Source: Octopus bimaculoides
Taxonomy: Eukaryota
NCBI RefSeq assembly: GCF_001194135.2
Contig: NC_068988.1
Span: forward strand, 91,647,007-91,711,006
Length of the DNA stretch: 64,000 nt
Direction: 5' to 3'
The notes below the pieces were generated by a model. It did not search any database. It worked only from the letters and a program-made list of their open reading frames with translations, and was not told where the DNA came from. Positions 1 through 13,872 of the stretch are shown piece after piece (positions within the stretch are counted from its first letter, which is position 1; every line of letters begins with the position of its first letter). The position numbers were made by a program, and so were the translations under genes.

Positions 1-404
1 TGAATCATTGCAACACATATACATACATACATACACACATTATACACACACTCACACAGATCTGATCATTAACAGTAGCTATAGCAATGAAAGCACAGAG
101 GCTTGGCAATTTGCATATATAGATTAACAGCAACATAGACACTATAGTGGCAGAGAATATCAGCCACTCGTAAGTCAAAAGTCAATAGATTTGCTCATTC
201 AAAAGCAGCCTCTTTCTTTCACACACAATACAACATACACTTACATCGACAGGGAGAGCAGAGTTAGTTATGGCTTCAAAAATATCGTTCAGGACCCACC
301 TCCTCATCACACTTAAATCTTAGGGACAACGAGATCTGGCTTTCATTCATTTCTTTCACCTGGTATAACAACAGATGCAAATAAATAAATAAATGAATTC
401 CTGC

Positions 405-585
405 TGCTGTTGTTTAGCTCTAATCAAATGTATTCAAGCATGTCCACTCCTTATTCAAAACTGGTATATATATATCTAGGACAACATTAAACAATGTGAC
501 CATTAAGTAGAGTGCAATATGAGGGATACTTGGCTGCTATTTCTAGCAGACTGACAGATCATGTAGAGGCTTCTTTAGTAGGTTA
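405..585 (-). mobile_element. SINE-like family E fragment (core gctagaaatagcagccaa...ggctaaacaacaac)
   Basis: Reverse-complement core ttggctgctatttctagca and ttgttgtttagc tail. The same module recurs at ~8540-8740(+), 8895-9065(-), 11645-11830(-), 15170-15350(+), 17995-18050(-), 32200-32290(-) and 32905-33030(-). Boundaries approximate. Confidence 0.6.
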
Positions 586-2329
586 TATCAGCTTTCAATA
601 GAGACAAATTGATATTCAAAATATTACAAATAAATAAGTGAGGGTATGAATTCACTGAACTGTATCTCCTCTAAAAATATAACTTTCTGCCAATATCAGA
701 AATCAATATTGTGTGTGTGTGTGATTTTTCAGTGATTTGTTTTATATCCATTCTTCCATGATAGTATAGGTTGACTGAATTCTTATTAGCGACATGTAAT
801 TTTACAACCAGATGCCCTTCCTCTTGATAACCCTTACCATTACTGCTTTTCAAGTAAGAAATTTTAATATGGCATGTCTTTCGCTCTACATCTACATAAG
901 TTGCAGGCTACAAGCAGTATTAAATGTCACTTCCATGACCAAATTATTCGCTCACATTGTGCCTTCAGAGACAAGTGAAATAAAAGATCATTTGGCTGTG
1001 AAACAGGTAAAAAGGTAAAAGTTAGAAACAAGAAAGGCATCTTAGCTGTAAAACCATGTCTCAATAGTCATCAAACTCATGCTAGCATGGAAAAATAAGC
1101 ATAAAACAAATGAATATATACCATCATCATTTAATGTCCACTTTGCCATGCTTGCATGGATCAGATAGAATCTGTTGAGGTAGATTTCCTACAACCAGAA
1201 GTCCTTTCTGTTTTCTGTCTCCAATGCTCACCTGTGTTGAAGCTAAGCAATATTTCCCGGCTGGCCAGACATGTTTTCCACAGAAGACTCAAAATGAGCA
1301 ATCTTGCATGACAATGATCCTCATTTACAACCATCGGGTACACACAAACACATAGGCTCATTTTCAGAGATCAATGAAATAAGAGATTACAAGATCAATG
1401 AAATAAGTACCAGACAAAGTACTGGGGTTCAATATTATTGATTAAATGCCTTAAATGTGTTGCCCCAACATCAACTTGATCTAATGACTGAAATCAGAAA
1501 AAAGAAGAGTACTAAGTCTCTTTTCCTCCAGCTTGTTTATATATATCACATCACCAGCAGGTATGGCTTTGTTCTTTACCTGGCAAGTTGTTTGTATAGG
1601 TGTCTATCAAGACAGAAATATTGACCATTGTCAGTAGCAGGATGTCAACAGATGGCTGAACTGGTTCAGATGTGTAAGAACAACTAGATTTTGAATATGG
1701 TGTAACACTAAGTAACAGCTGGATGGACTGTTCAATGTTTAGCAATAACACTGCAGTTGTAGGCATACCATGATGAGCCTTTTGATACAAACCAGCCCAA
1801 GCCCTATGATACAAATTCACTGATTTAAAATATAATGAAAACTTTCCACAAAAATTTCATAATTTATATTCGAAACACCAGCTTAATGCTGACAAATCTA
1901 TTTCAATAAATTCTTTATTATTTTCAAAATTAATCTTTAGTATTCAAACCATCAATATCAAGCCCATATATTTTATGTTTAAACCAGTTTTATGTTCAAC
2001 CTACCTTTTAATGTTATTCTAAAATTAAATAATCACATCGTCAAAATCTTGAAATCATGAGATAATGCATGATTAATTCAAAACAATGTGAATATATTAG
2101 AGTGTTCAGAAAGTAATTGCATTTTACCAGAAAGGTCTGGAGCAGGCTTCTGCATGGCCGGCTCCTGTCAAACTCTCCCACCCATGCTAGCATGGAAGGC
2201 AGACATTAAACAAGGATGATGATGATGATGATATAAAAACAAATGTTTATCTGAATAGTTTTAATGAAGAATGTAATCGCCATTGTTCTCAATGATTGCA
2301 GCCCAACAGGAAAGTAATTTTTTTATGCC

Positions 2330-3200
2330 ACATTCAAAGAAACCTATTTCTTTCCCTAGAAAAAAAAATGTCTGAAAGACTTTTCAACCTCCTCTCCGTT
2401 TCTGAATGTTTTACCTCTTATAAAATTTTCTAGTGATTGGAACAGATAAAATTCCCTAGGTGCTAAGTTAGGTGAGTCTGAAGGATGTGAACTTACCATC
2501 CTAACAATCTTATTTTCTCTTGGATTTGTTTTGAAGAGTGTGGCCAGGCATTGTTATGCTGTAGAATGCCACCTTTTCTGCTTACCAAAGCTGGTCACTT
2601 TCAACGTGATTTTTCACTTACACAATCAAGTTGTTGGCAACAGACATCTGCATTGATGGTCCTTCCATGTTCCAGTAGTTTGTAATGGACAGTACCTCTC
2701 ATGTTCCACCAAACACAGAGCAAGGATTTTACGGATGGAGTTCTGGTTTTGGTGTTGATACTGGACTCTCATTACATGATAACCATTGTCTTTTTCATTT
2801 TCTGTTGTGATGCAAAACCTATTTTTCATCACCTGTAACAATGTACTGCAGAAATGACAGGTTTTTATTCCTGGTTAGAAGACTGCTGCAGATGGTAGAA
2901 TGTTGTGTTTGGTTCAGAAACATAAGCTCATGTGGAACCCAAATTCACTCTTTGCATGTCTTCCCAATTTGCTTGAGACGTTCATGGATAGTCAAATATG
3001 ACACATTAAATTTCTGGTCTTCTTCCAGAGCAAGGCTTGTTGGATATGTCACAATCATCATCTTTAAACCTTGTAAACCACAGCTGACATGTATAAGCTT
3101 TTACTGCATCCAGATACACTTCACAAATGTTTTTCATTGCTTCTGTAATGGTATTTTCCTTTCAAAACTCATACAGTAAAGAATGATGAATGTATTGTTT
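2330..3200 (-). mobile_element. Decayed near full-length mariner (DD34D-type) transposase pseudogene
   Basis: Manual minus-strand translation, with stops and frameshifts, gives the N-terminus LLYEF*KENTITEAMKNICEVY...CQLWFTRFKDDDCDISNKPCSGR, then IVTGDEK (~2820-2843), HNNAWPH (~2545-2565) and SDSPNLAP. These match mariner motifs TGDEKW, HDNARPH and YSPDLAP. TIRs not confidently seen. Confidence 0.8.
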
Positions 3201-3699
3201 CATAAAATTCTTATCTTCTATGGGATTAATTACCAAAATAACTATGAATGATACACTGCGGGATAGAAGAAATGATACACTATTCCTAGACAGTTCCTGC
3301 CAACTCGACCTTAGCTCTGACATGGTTGGTTAATTTATATTTCATGGCGATGAAAAATAGTTTCCGAACACCCTAATACAAGCACTGCATTTGGCAGAGT
3401 AACATGAATGCTAAACGGATAACTGAAACAAAGACTTGTATTTCCATAGAAATATGACAAAAGGGTTATAGAAAGGGAAGAGAATCCTGGATAGAATGAA
3501 TCCAGCATATTTAAAACAGTAATACTGAAACCAAGATCATAGAAACTTAAGCTTTGTGGTTAAATGTCTAAATCTCCGAGATTATTTTTTCAATACAATT
3601 AAAATTTTTCAAACTATCAACCACATCTTCAGAGATAATAAAATGCTTTAATATTTACGTCTACACCATATTTTAATGAGTTTAATTTCTGATTGTCAT

Positions 3700-4140
3700 C
3701 AAGTATCTTATTCCTGGAAGTGTATATAATATCTATATTTCTAAATAAGGGGATACTCTTATCCACTAAGTATGTAGAATTAACGTCACATTTTTAGATC
3801 TTTTTTTAGTAACAACATGCTTATTGATCTAATTTCAATACTAGAATTACTGATTGGTCTTTCTATGAGCTCTGTATATATTGCTTCTTTTGATTTCTCT
3901 ACATTACCACCATGGCTCTGTCAATTATAGATATTTCATTCCATAGCAACGATTTCCTTTTGCGCTTCATATATGTTCAGCCAGCCCTGATTAAGATGCC
4001 TCTCCTCTCATTAAAGATTTTCTTACATGTTCTTCTATATAAACATTTCAGAGTCTCTCAAAAAAACATCCGGATTTTTGTCCACTGATGTGAATCCCCT
4101 GCAAACATCAGGAAAATGTAACAACCAACAGCTATTCCAT
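3700..4140 (-). mobile_element. Penelope-like retroelement remnant (GIY-YIG endonuclease region)
   Basis: Frameshifted minus-strand translation IEEHVRKSLMRGEAS*SGLAEHI...LWNEISIIDR...KEAIY resembles the Penelope GIY-YIG C-terminal half (EEH...SGxADH...W...IID...KEA). Confidence 0.55.
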
Positions 4141-5118
4141 GATGTACAAGTGAAAAGGACAGAAACTGAAGTTAGAAGTTTGAGATATTAAAAGCTTACT
4201 GTCACTACAAACTATATAATCATACCATACTGGAGACATCAGCACATTGGATAGAATGCTACACAGTATTTGTTTAATGGGATTAACTTTGCTTTTCATC
4301 CTTTTGGGGTTGACAAAAAGGTACCTATCCAGGGCGTGAGATTGGTGAAAACATAATAGACTGGATGCCATGCAGTATTTGTCCTGGCAATATGCATTCT
4401 TCAAATCTTGCCATGTTTCATGTGGGTAGTGGTGGACTTAATCTGCCGCCAAGTTCAACACCATGGATTCCACTCTATTACAAGCATCTGAGCCAAGCCT
4501 GCAGTCTGAGGATAGCTTCTTCCAACCAGTCTCAGCTAGCCTTGTAAAGAGTCATGGACTAAAAGATGAGTAGGTGTGTGTGCGTACATACATACATATA
4601 TATATATATATATTATAGATTCAAGCATGGCTGTGTGTTAAGAAGCTTGCTTTCCCAACTCCATGGTTCCAGGTTCAGTCCCACTGCATGGCACCTTGAG
4701 TATCTTCTTCTATAGCCTTGGGCCAACCAAAGCCTTGAGGGTGGATTTCATAAAGGGAAACTAAAAGAAGCTCATCATATGTGTGTGTATATATATATAT
4801 CAAAAGCTACTTCCTCTACTGAATCTACTTGAAGATATATATATATATATCATCATCATCATCATCATCATCAACATCGTTTAACGTCCGTTTTCCATGC
4901 TGGCATGGGTTGGATGGTTCAACTGGGTCCTTCAATGCTCATCACCCTCTTCTTGTTTAATGTAATCCTTCGATTTATAAAAGATTTTGATGATGTGATT
5001 ATTTATCTTTAGAATAACATTGTAGGGTAGGTGTGAGAGGCTGAATCTCATAAGTTTGAACATAAAACAAGGATAATATTCTGGCCAGATATGGCCAGTT
5101 TAAACACTAAAGGGTTAA

Positions 5119-5485
5119 ACATGGACAGTGAATGCAGATGATGTGTGAAGGCTGGAAAGAAATAAGACAAAAAGCTCCACTGGGTGTGTAATGTTACTGT
5201 GTATAAACAATGGAGTACAAATGAACTGAGAGAAAAACCAAGTAAGCATCAGATGTAGTGTACAAGACAGAAGACTAAGCTAGTACAGACATGTGAAACA
5301 TGGAGAGAATGACAAATGTGCAAAGAAGTGACAAATAATTCAAATGGAAGGAACTTGCTGTAGAGAAGACATGGGGAGAAGTGAAGTCTGGTCTCGGGTT
5401 ACAGAACTTTATGAAGATGACAAAAGACTGCAGCAAGAAGTGAGAAGCTGTGTTGAAGAAGATCCATTGAAAAGCATGGAAAAAC
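5119..5485 (+). mobile_element. RTE-clade LINE 3' fragment (end of ORF2 plus tail)
   Basis: Degenerate translation follows the RTE C-terminal pattern (VNAEDV-RLERN...LREKL...VQERRLRW-GHV...EGTC-RGR--KTW). Explains the ORF at 5344..5574. Confidence 0.7.
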
Positions 5486-6649
5486 AAATGAAAAAAACAA
5501 GACAGATGTTGCTGACACCAATGAAGCTATTGACAACAAACGACAATGGAAAACTACAGAAAGAAACAGTATAAAGGCTTGTTGAAAAACCAGTCAATAA
5601 GCACAGGACTGACATTAGCTCAAACCACTTGACACTATCTTTGGTACAATGACACAAACTTCATACTTCAAAGTGATTTGAATAAAAGCTTTCCATCAAA
5701 ATTTCATGTTAATTTATGGTTCAAATACTAATACTAATTTAATAAATGACCAAGTTATTTCACTAAATTCATTATTTTCAAAATTAACTGAAATAAAAAG
5801 CAGTACATTTCAATAGAAATATAACAAAATGGTTAAACAACCTACAGAGTGTTAATTAATTGCACATTCATTAGTAGCCTAGTGGATGAGAGCTTCATTA
5901 CTATCTTAGTTTAGAAATAAATGATCCGAGTTCAAAACCAGTTCACTACTGTGTACACATCTAGTAATAAAACAGTCAATCAAAACAAAGTATAAATGTA
6001 AATATTAAAATATTTTTCACCTCCAGAAGTTAATAGTCTGAAAAATTATAGCCATATTTAGTTTTATGGTATTTAACAATTAGCTCAAGAGCCCCAAACT
6101 ATAAAACTAATGGACTACCACACACACACACACACACGCACACACAATAAAATGTTAAAAATGACACTGGTTCAGAATATTATGAAAGGAGTAAAATGCA
6201 ATGCAGTAATGAGAGAAAAGTATTGAATGTGGAAGATGTATGAATGGTGGAGAGAACAAAAGAGATGAGAGAGAGAGGGAGACTGGGTGTTAAAGGCAGT
6301 CAGACAGGCTGGTATGGACGACAACTGTTGTATGCTGACAATAGAAAGCCACCATGGCAACAGAGGTTTGTGGGAGATGTAAGAGGAAGTAATGCGATTA
6401 GATCGCACAATGTTAAGATTCCCAGCCAAGATGAAGCTGGACCAAGTAATAGTAAATCTCTATCTAAATCATGCCAACATGCAAAAACAGATATTCCATA
6501 ATGAAACAGATAAATAACTAGTTCAGTTACTTATTTCAGCTAAATGAAGGCGTATCTTTAACTTCCTATAACAGTCATGGTAAAGCAAACTTTACAGAAG
6601 AAAATATTGAGTAGCATGTATAAGACATTAATCAATCAGCATCACCATC

Positions 6650-7230
6650 ATTTTCACATCCATTGAGGTCTTCTTGCTGCAGTCTTTTATCTCCTTTATG
6701 AGGCTCAGCAACCAGAGGTCAGCCAACACTACTTCTTCCATGGTCTTCTTTCCCATACTTCTTCCAATTGATTCATTTAACACTATCCATACCACAGACA
6801 CATAGAAGTGTCTTTTCTCTATAGCTATGAAATATCAATGGTACATATATGCATCACTCACAGAGCCATAAAATCCCAGAGATGCTGATATACATCCTTT
6901 AACCATTAATATGGCATTTGTAGTATGGAAAGTGTTATCCTTGCTTCGCCCAACTGCCATGCTTTCTATGCATCACATAGCTGCACCAGTTTTCTTTCTG
7001 GCACACTGTAACCAATTCCTGTCATATGCCCATTCTCTTTCTTAGGTCACTTCTGCCCCATCAATAATATATGTTGACATTACCATCAAACACATTTCCT
7101 TTCTTTCCATCATTCATACACCAACTGTATTCTGTGCCCATGTCTTCCCATCATACAAAATCATACTTTGCACGCAGTAATAAATAAGGTATCAACTAAA
7201 TACCTGAAATAGAGATCTAAGGTTTGACAT
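6650..7230 (-). mobile_element. RTE-clade LINE 3' fragment
   Basis: Minus strand encodes degenerate Y-ACVQS-M-Y-GKTWA (RTE ACV-S-MLYGSETW motif) followed by downstream RTE-like sequence. Confidence 0.6.
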
Positions 7231-8109
7231 ACATGCCACCCTAAGTACAGGAAAAATCACAATATATATACGTAGTTCTGACATTGCAAAGGAGTTGTTT
7301 ACAGTAAATACCAAATGGGGATTCTTGCTTATGTAGAATTCCACTGAAATATTATGGCAAAGTGGTTGTATTTTGGCTCATCAATTAAAGAACAGATGAA
7401 ATCAGATACACATACAGCCTACAACAACATTTGATCAAAATGAGGACAGGCAGAGAATATAGAGGTTTATTGGAATATTTTCAAAGTAAGATACCCAAAA
7501 AAATATGTTGCTATTTTCTATCAGAATTGTGGAGTTTACACACACACACACACACTCTTACAGACACAGATACACAATTATAAAGTCACATGCTTTTATT
7601 TTTCTCCAGACATTTTTATATATCATGTATTGATAAATTTATATTGTAAACACAGCAAAGCAATCTCGATAACTGTCTAGACAAATATCAGTCTATACAA
7701 CTACCATCTCTTTTAAAATATACATAAATACATACACACATATATATCCACACACACACACACACATATATATAAATATATATACACATTGTTTCTATAC
7801 AGTATAGTGTATAGTTCATATACTGCTGTATACCTGCATTTTTAATTACATAAAAGATATACAACTGTGAGTGACAGACAGACAGCTATTCTAGTTACAG
7901 TCTGTGTGGACTGTTAGAAAACAGTGGTTCCATCCACAGCAACAGTACTATTGCTGCTTTTTGGCCCAAGTCTGACTGCACAAACCTATGACCATCTTTT
8001 TCTTTTAATATCTTGTAGGACTTCATCGTCCACTGTATCTATGCTTCCTTCTTGGAGTCCATAGAGTGTAATTTGTGTGAAATTAGGCTGCTATTTCTTA
8101 CAAGTTGAG

Positions 8110-8525
8110 TGACTATATAATGACTTTCTTATTGGCTGGTGCCAAAATATCACAGCAAACACAAACACAACAGCTACAGTCTACAAACTGTAAACAGTAG
8201 TGGGGGGAAAAGAGCACTATTTCTGCCACCACTACATTATATACTATTATTAGTACCACCACCACTATACCATCCACTACTATTTGCACCATAGCTACAC
8301 AATCTACTACTATTAGTACCACTACTAACGTTATTACTGTACTACTCACCATTAGTAGTGCCATCACTACAATACTAATGCTAGTGTAAAACAACTCCAG
8401 TATACATTAGTATCACAATATATTTGCACCAATATAAAAGCATCACCACCAGTTAGTACTACATAACCCATGTGAGAGCAAAACACTACCACACCACCAT
8501 CATTATCACTACCTTACTATCACCA
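8110..8525. repeat. Degenerate (CAC/TAC/ACT)n low-complexity tract
   Basis: Repeated accactac/cactatt motifs; produces the Val-rich pseudo-ORF 8113..8394. Confidence 0.8.
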
Positions 8526-9079
8526 TACCAGAAGAGAGTATCCAAGAGCACTTGATCTGATAGAAATAGCAAGCAAGTCCCTGTAAATTACACCCTACTG
8601 TTATACAAAAAAAAAAAAAAGCCTTGTCAATAATGTTGTCCTAAATACATTAGGTCAAAATAAAAGATGGAATGGTCACAGTCAGAACATCTTTATTCAT
8701 AGGTCTACTGGATTAGAGTTGACCTGAGGCTAAACAACTATGAAAACCCAGTCAGTAAGGGAGCCGAGAAAATGTAGTTTTTCTATCTACATTAGGTATG
8801 TTTGGACAGCTCTTGCTGCAGCAGCAGCAGCAGTAGTGGTGGTGGTGGTGGTGGTGAGTGATGTTGCTGCCACTAACACAACCATGAATTCTTGCTACTG
8901 TTTAACCCTAGGTCAGCCCTGATCAAAGGCATTCCAGCCATTCCCTCTTGCTTTCTCTGTGCATCAGGGACTACAGTTTCCATTGCATCACTGTCTATTT
9001 CATATAAGATGGTGTGATTTGAGGGAGACTTGGCTACTATCTCTAGCAGGTCGAGTGACTGCACAGTTGTTCACTTGGA

Positions 9080-9310
9080 ATAGCAGTAGAGTTGGCAATG
9101 ATGATGATGATAGAAAAGATAGCAGGATCATGGATATAGATCAATATATGATTGGCAGCCGTGATAATAGTGGTTGTGGTGATAGTATTGGCAGATGCAG
9201 CAGCAGTAGCAGCAATAGTAGTAGCAGCAGTAGCAGTAGTAGTAGTAGTAACAGATCAATAGATATTGTAAGATGTATAACTCCCATGATGCAGTGCAAT
9301 GATGACAATG
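9080..9310. repeat. Degenerate (AGC/AGT/GAT)n trinucleotide tract
   Basis: agcagtagcagcaatagtagtagc...; produces the poly-Ser pseudo-ORF 8959..9411. Confidence 0.85.
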
Positions 9311-9802
9311 CAGAGAGGGGGAGACTGAGTCATTGTTGTGTGTCTGTGTGTGTTCACGTGTGTGTGAATAAATATTTGTGTGCATGTATGTGTACATTAA
9401 CATACACATAACCATACAAAGAGTTTGAGCCACAGTGTAAACAGTACACATACTACACACATGTATGTGTGTACATACAGAGAGAAAAAATGCATGGGTA
9501 GAGGAATAAATGAGCTATCTTGGCCTAATAACTAACAGACTGTGCTGACCTTTTTATGGCCATATTTCTAAGAAAATTAGAGGGCCTACATGCCACAATT
9601 AACTTTGAAAATAATTAATGGATGATTTACAAACTTTTAAAATTTATATTGGTACATTAAGGTAATGTTTGGAATACTGCAAAACAAAAATGACTTATTT
9701 ACCTACTGAAATGCAACATTATCATTAAGAATTTGACTAAATTATTAAATATGAAGTCTTGTGTATGAGCAAATTCGGGCAGCTTGGTACTAAAAGGGCT
9801 AA

Positions 9803-10013
9803 CCCTTTTGTTACCATATTCCTGGTGAAATGCACCCTTTTTTTATTTAAATTAACTTTGAAAATAATAAAGAATATAGTAAAACAATTTATGATTATTA
9901 AGCTGATAGTTTTTAACACAAATTAACAAGAAATTTTACTTTAAATCACTTTAAAATCAGAAGTTTGTACCATAGAACCAAGGGGAGCATCAGGTGGGTT
10001 GGTATTAAAAGGG
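9803..10013. mobile_element. piggyBac-like MITE (TTAA-flanked, CCCT...AGGG termini)
   Basis: Left (c)taa|cccttttgttacc and right ggtattaaaaggg|ttaa; the 13-bp TIRs match 11/13. It abuts the right end of a second related copy (ggtactaaaaggg ending 9798). Related internal sequence at ~1820-2130, 5650-5850 and 50362-50830. Confidence 0.65.
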
Positions 10014-10035
10014 TTAAAGGTAATAAATGGCTCAG

Positions 10036-10310
10036 AGACGGTGTTGAGGTAACTTACTATAATATTTACCAACTGTGTTGACCATGGCTACAACAGAAAT
10101 GGGGATAAGTTACAAGTATTACAGTGTTGACCAGTGGCCTGTCCACAGAGTAATGAAGTAGATGACTACTATCACAGTGTGTGTGTTGACCAGTGGCCTG
10201 AGTAGACAGCAATGAGGTGGATGACTATTACACTGTACCCATCAGGGACCTGAATACAGAGTGGTGAGATAGGTGACTGCTATCGTACTGTGTCCATCAG
10301 TTCCAGGTGG
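10036..10310. repeat. Degenerate minisatellite, ~50-60 bp unit, ~5 copies
   Basis: Recurring gtgttgaccagtggcctg...gatgactactatcaca units; stops in the frames I translated. Confidence 0.75.
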
Positions 10311-12000
10311 GTGAATGATATGATGCTTTCTTTTCAAATACAAAACTGACAATGAGATAGATGGCAACACCAGCAGGTTCAGAGGAGACTTAGACCAGTA
10401 GTTATTGTAGAGCTCTTTGAGTTATTAGCTCTTTGAAAAGATCCTGGTACACAAGCAGCTAGTCAAATATCTCAGTGTGGTCCACCAATATCTCTTTGAA
10501 ACCCACACTATAAAGCTTTGGGTGGTGAATTACTGTGTAGAACACAGTGCGATAGACTGGACCATTTGTTTTTGAAACAGATCACAGAGCACCACAGTTG
10601 TCTTTCAGGTTATATACATCCTAACACAAAAGAAGAAATCAACGCGCCCTGAGGCCATTGGTTGTTGTCTAGCAGAGGCTTTTCAACCATATTATTTCAG
10701 AATATCTTTAAATTCCAACTAAAACCTTGACATATCAGAACTGCTGAGTTTTCACCTGATTTAACTGTGATTTCTCACACAAGGCCACAAACTTTTAAAG
10801 AATGAGTTGTTGTCAAAGGAATCAACCAAGCATATAACTGGTACTCATTTAATTCATCCCAGACAGATGAAAAAAGAAAAAATGACATTGATGAAATTTG
10901 AACTCAGAACTAAATACTATAATGCATTTAAAGCAGCATGCTACAATTTCTGCCACTAAATCACCTGCATTTGATTTAATATTTACAGTTATTAAACAAT
11001 TGCTGGAGCTTTTTTACTGTGTTTATTTTGAGTTTCTTCCTTCTGATGTTTTTCCTGACACTTTCTCATACCATTTTGTATGAACAAAACAGCAATCCCA
11101 GTCTTTTAAAAATCCAAACGACTACTACAACAAACTCCATAATAATGTCATGGTTAACAAGTAGAGTTTCCATTAGTAGGCAGCTGAGTTTTACAGGAAT
11201 ATAATACAAAAAACTGTTCATTTGCTGAAGAGATTTTGCAACATAATGCCAAGACATATGATACATAGAACAGTGGTTGGTCAGGAAGTAAGAAGGCCTT
11301 ATATAACATCATAAGAACACACAACAATGGAACAATGACATAAATCATTGTACCAGTAGTTATCAGTTATTAAAGTAACAGCTTTAGTTCAGAGTGAAAG
11401 ATAGGCAGGTAATTGTCTACCCAGAAATATTGATCATTAATTGATGCTGCTTCAGCTGACATTCAACTACAGTAGAGAAAATATTTCACATCACAGAAAC
11501 ATCGCACTCAACCACGCTGATCTAAGTCATCAACATGTAAACAGTTTTAAGACACACCAGGATCTTACGAAGGACAATGAACTATAGCAGGAAAACCAGT
11601 ATGATTTAATGTTTGTTAAATAAAGATAAATCTCAGACTAAATATGATATCAAGTTATTGTTGTTTATCTCCAGGTCTACCTTGATTCAGCAGAGCTATA
11701 ATAAAATATGTTCTGGCCATGACCACTCATTTTACACTATTCAATGCAGTCTTCTTTGAAGAGAATAAGTGGTGTGAGATTTCAGGGAGTCAACTGTTAT
11801 CCATAGCAAGTTAAATTACTACATAAATGTTCCTTCGTTATTTCATAAGACCAAACCAATTCATTCATAGTCCCAAGTGATTTGAAATCTATTCCAGACA
11901 GCTAGTTGACATGAAACATGATCAATAAACTATTAAATATATATAAATGATTCCTAAATCCTTGAGGGGATGTTTGTTCAAGTCTCTTGACTTAAAGCAG

Positions 12001-12050
12001 ATTTGAAAGAAATTTTTCCATTCATGGAACACCAGTGTCAGATTAGTCAG
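12001..12050 (+). CDS. Candidate internal coding exon (phase 1 to 0): DLKEIFPFMEHQCQISQ
   Basis: Weak acceptor ...cttaaagcag|, donor CAG|GTAATA, open frame. Phase-compatible with candidate exon 12478-12537. No homology recognised. Confidence 0.2.
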
Positions 12051-12477
12051 GTAATACATGGTTTAACCCCTCTGACCTTTCATTTCGTTGGTCAGGTGAT
12101 TCTTTTAAGACTAATGTTACCTCATTGGGATGATGATGATGATGATGATGATCTGTTTAATAAATTAAGCTTCTGAAGAGAGTTGTGATATTTAAAGAAG
12201 ATAAAAATTGCTTAATAACAGGAACGTTAAAACTGTCTATAACTTTTCTTTTATAAATCACTTGAAAGATTCTCAGACATGATTACAGAGAGTGAAGAAG
12301 AACGAGATGGAGAAGACAGACAGACAGATAGATAAAGAATGAGTAATAAGATCTGCTGTTTAACTTTGACAGCTGAGACAAAAATTTGTTCATTTTCACC
12401 ACGACTTCAATGAATATGCATCCACTGTATTGCTGGACTTATTTCTACATTTGTCTCAATTCACCTCTCCTGTGCAG

Positions 12478-12537
12478 ACTGGTCATAAATCATGGGAAGA
12501 AACATGGTCTGCAGAGAAAGCAGCATCACAGAAGCAG
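12478..12537 (+). CDS. Candidate 60-nt coding exon (phase 0): TGHKSWEETWSAEKAASQKQ
   Basis: Pyrimidine-rich acceptor ttgtctcaattcacctctcctgtgcag|, donor CAG|GTGATA, length divisible by 3, open frame. No homology recognised. Confidence 0.25.
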
Positions 12538-12762
12538 GTGATATGAAAATTGAAAAAGAGATGGGCAAATTAACGTTTTACTAAAATCAAAAGGTACTGA
12601 CATGGCTGATGGTAAGAAGTTTCCTTCCTCCTTCCCAACGACATGGTTTGGGGTTCAATCCCAGTGTTGCACAAGTGTCTTGTACAATAGCTCCAGGCCA
12701 GTCAAAGCCTAATGAATGGATTTGATAGGCTGAAACTTAAAGAAGCCCATCATAACATATAT

Positions 12763-13135
12763 AGGGACAGGAGTGGCTTTGAGGTAAGTAATTTGCTTAC
12801 CAACCACATGGTTCCAGGTTCAGTCCCACTGCATGGCATCTTGGACAAGTGTCTTCTATAGCCTCGGGCTGACCAAAGCCTTGTGAGTGGATTTGGTAGA
12901 CGGAAACTGAAAGTAGCCCATCGTATACATATGTGTATATGTGTGTGTATGTCTGTGTTTGTGCTTCTAACATCGCTTGACAACTGATGCTGGTGTGTTT
13001 ACTTCCTGTAACTTAGCGGTTCAACAAAGGAGACCAATAGAATCAGTACTAGGCTTACAAAGAATAAGTCCTGGAGTCGATTTGTTCAGCTAAAGGCAGT
13101 GCTCCAGCATGGCTGCAGTCAAATGACTGAAACAA
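12763..13135 (+). mobile_element. SINE family A (tRNA-like head + internal TA/TG microsatellite + second module), full-length
   Basis: Head with Pol III-like A/B boxes (gagtggctttgaggtaag...ggttcagtccc), internal tatgtgtgtg tract, tail module ending gactgaaacaag. Homologous to 31163-31600 and 51001-51379. Confidence 0.85.
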
Positions 13136-13754
13136 GATATATATATACACACACACACATGTCTATGTGTGTGCGCACTACTGCCTCCTTGCCTTCACAT
13201 CACATAATAATTGTAAATGAATGTCCTTGTTAGGCAAGTGGTGTCCTTCATTTGCAATCTTCCATGAAAGCCTGTTTGATCAAAGAGATATATTGGTTTC
13301 GAATTTTGGCACAAGGTCAGCAATTTCAGGGAAAAGGGTAAGTTGGTTACACCAACCCCCAATGTTTAACTGGCATTTATTTTATCGACCTTCGACAGGA
13401 TGAAAAGAAGGTTGATCTTGGCAGAATTTGAACTCAGAACGTCTAAAGAGAAGAAATGTTGCAAAGCGTTTTTCCCAATGCACTAACAATTCTGCCAGCT
13501 CACTGCCATCTTCCAGACACAGAGAAATATTACCTTACTTCTTACTTGGAAATAGGTGAGGTTTGGTGACAGGAAAGGCATCCAGCCATAGAAAACAGTT
13601 TTGTTTTCTTGTTAATACAAAGTGGGGCAGGGAATTTTGCACAAAGCTCTTGGAGATGGGGCTGGAGAAGTATTTGTCAATTTGTAAATCATTGGTATAA
13701 TGCAGTAATTACAAATATTCAATGATTGTTTAATTCAACAAAACATAAAAAAAT

Positions 13755-13793
<39 letters not shown>

Positions 13794-13829
13794 TTAGAAA
13801 CATAGTGAAACATTGCAAACCTGCTGTTT

Positions 13830-13871
<42 letters not shown>

Positions 13872-13872
<1 letters not shown>

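Noticed and set aside
1532-1820. 29-nt plus exon-like segment (1532-1560) and an 89-aa minus ORF with CAG|GTAAAG donor
   Set aside because: No recognisable homology; the ORF starts at a MITE boundary; expected by chance in AT-rich DNA.
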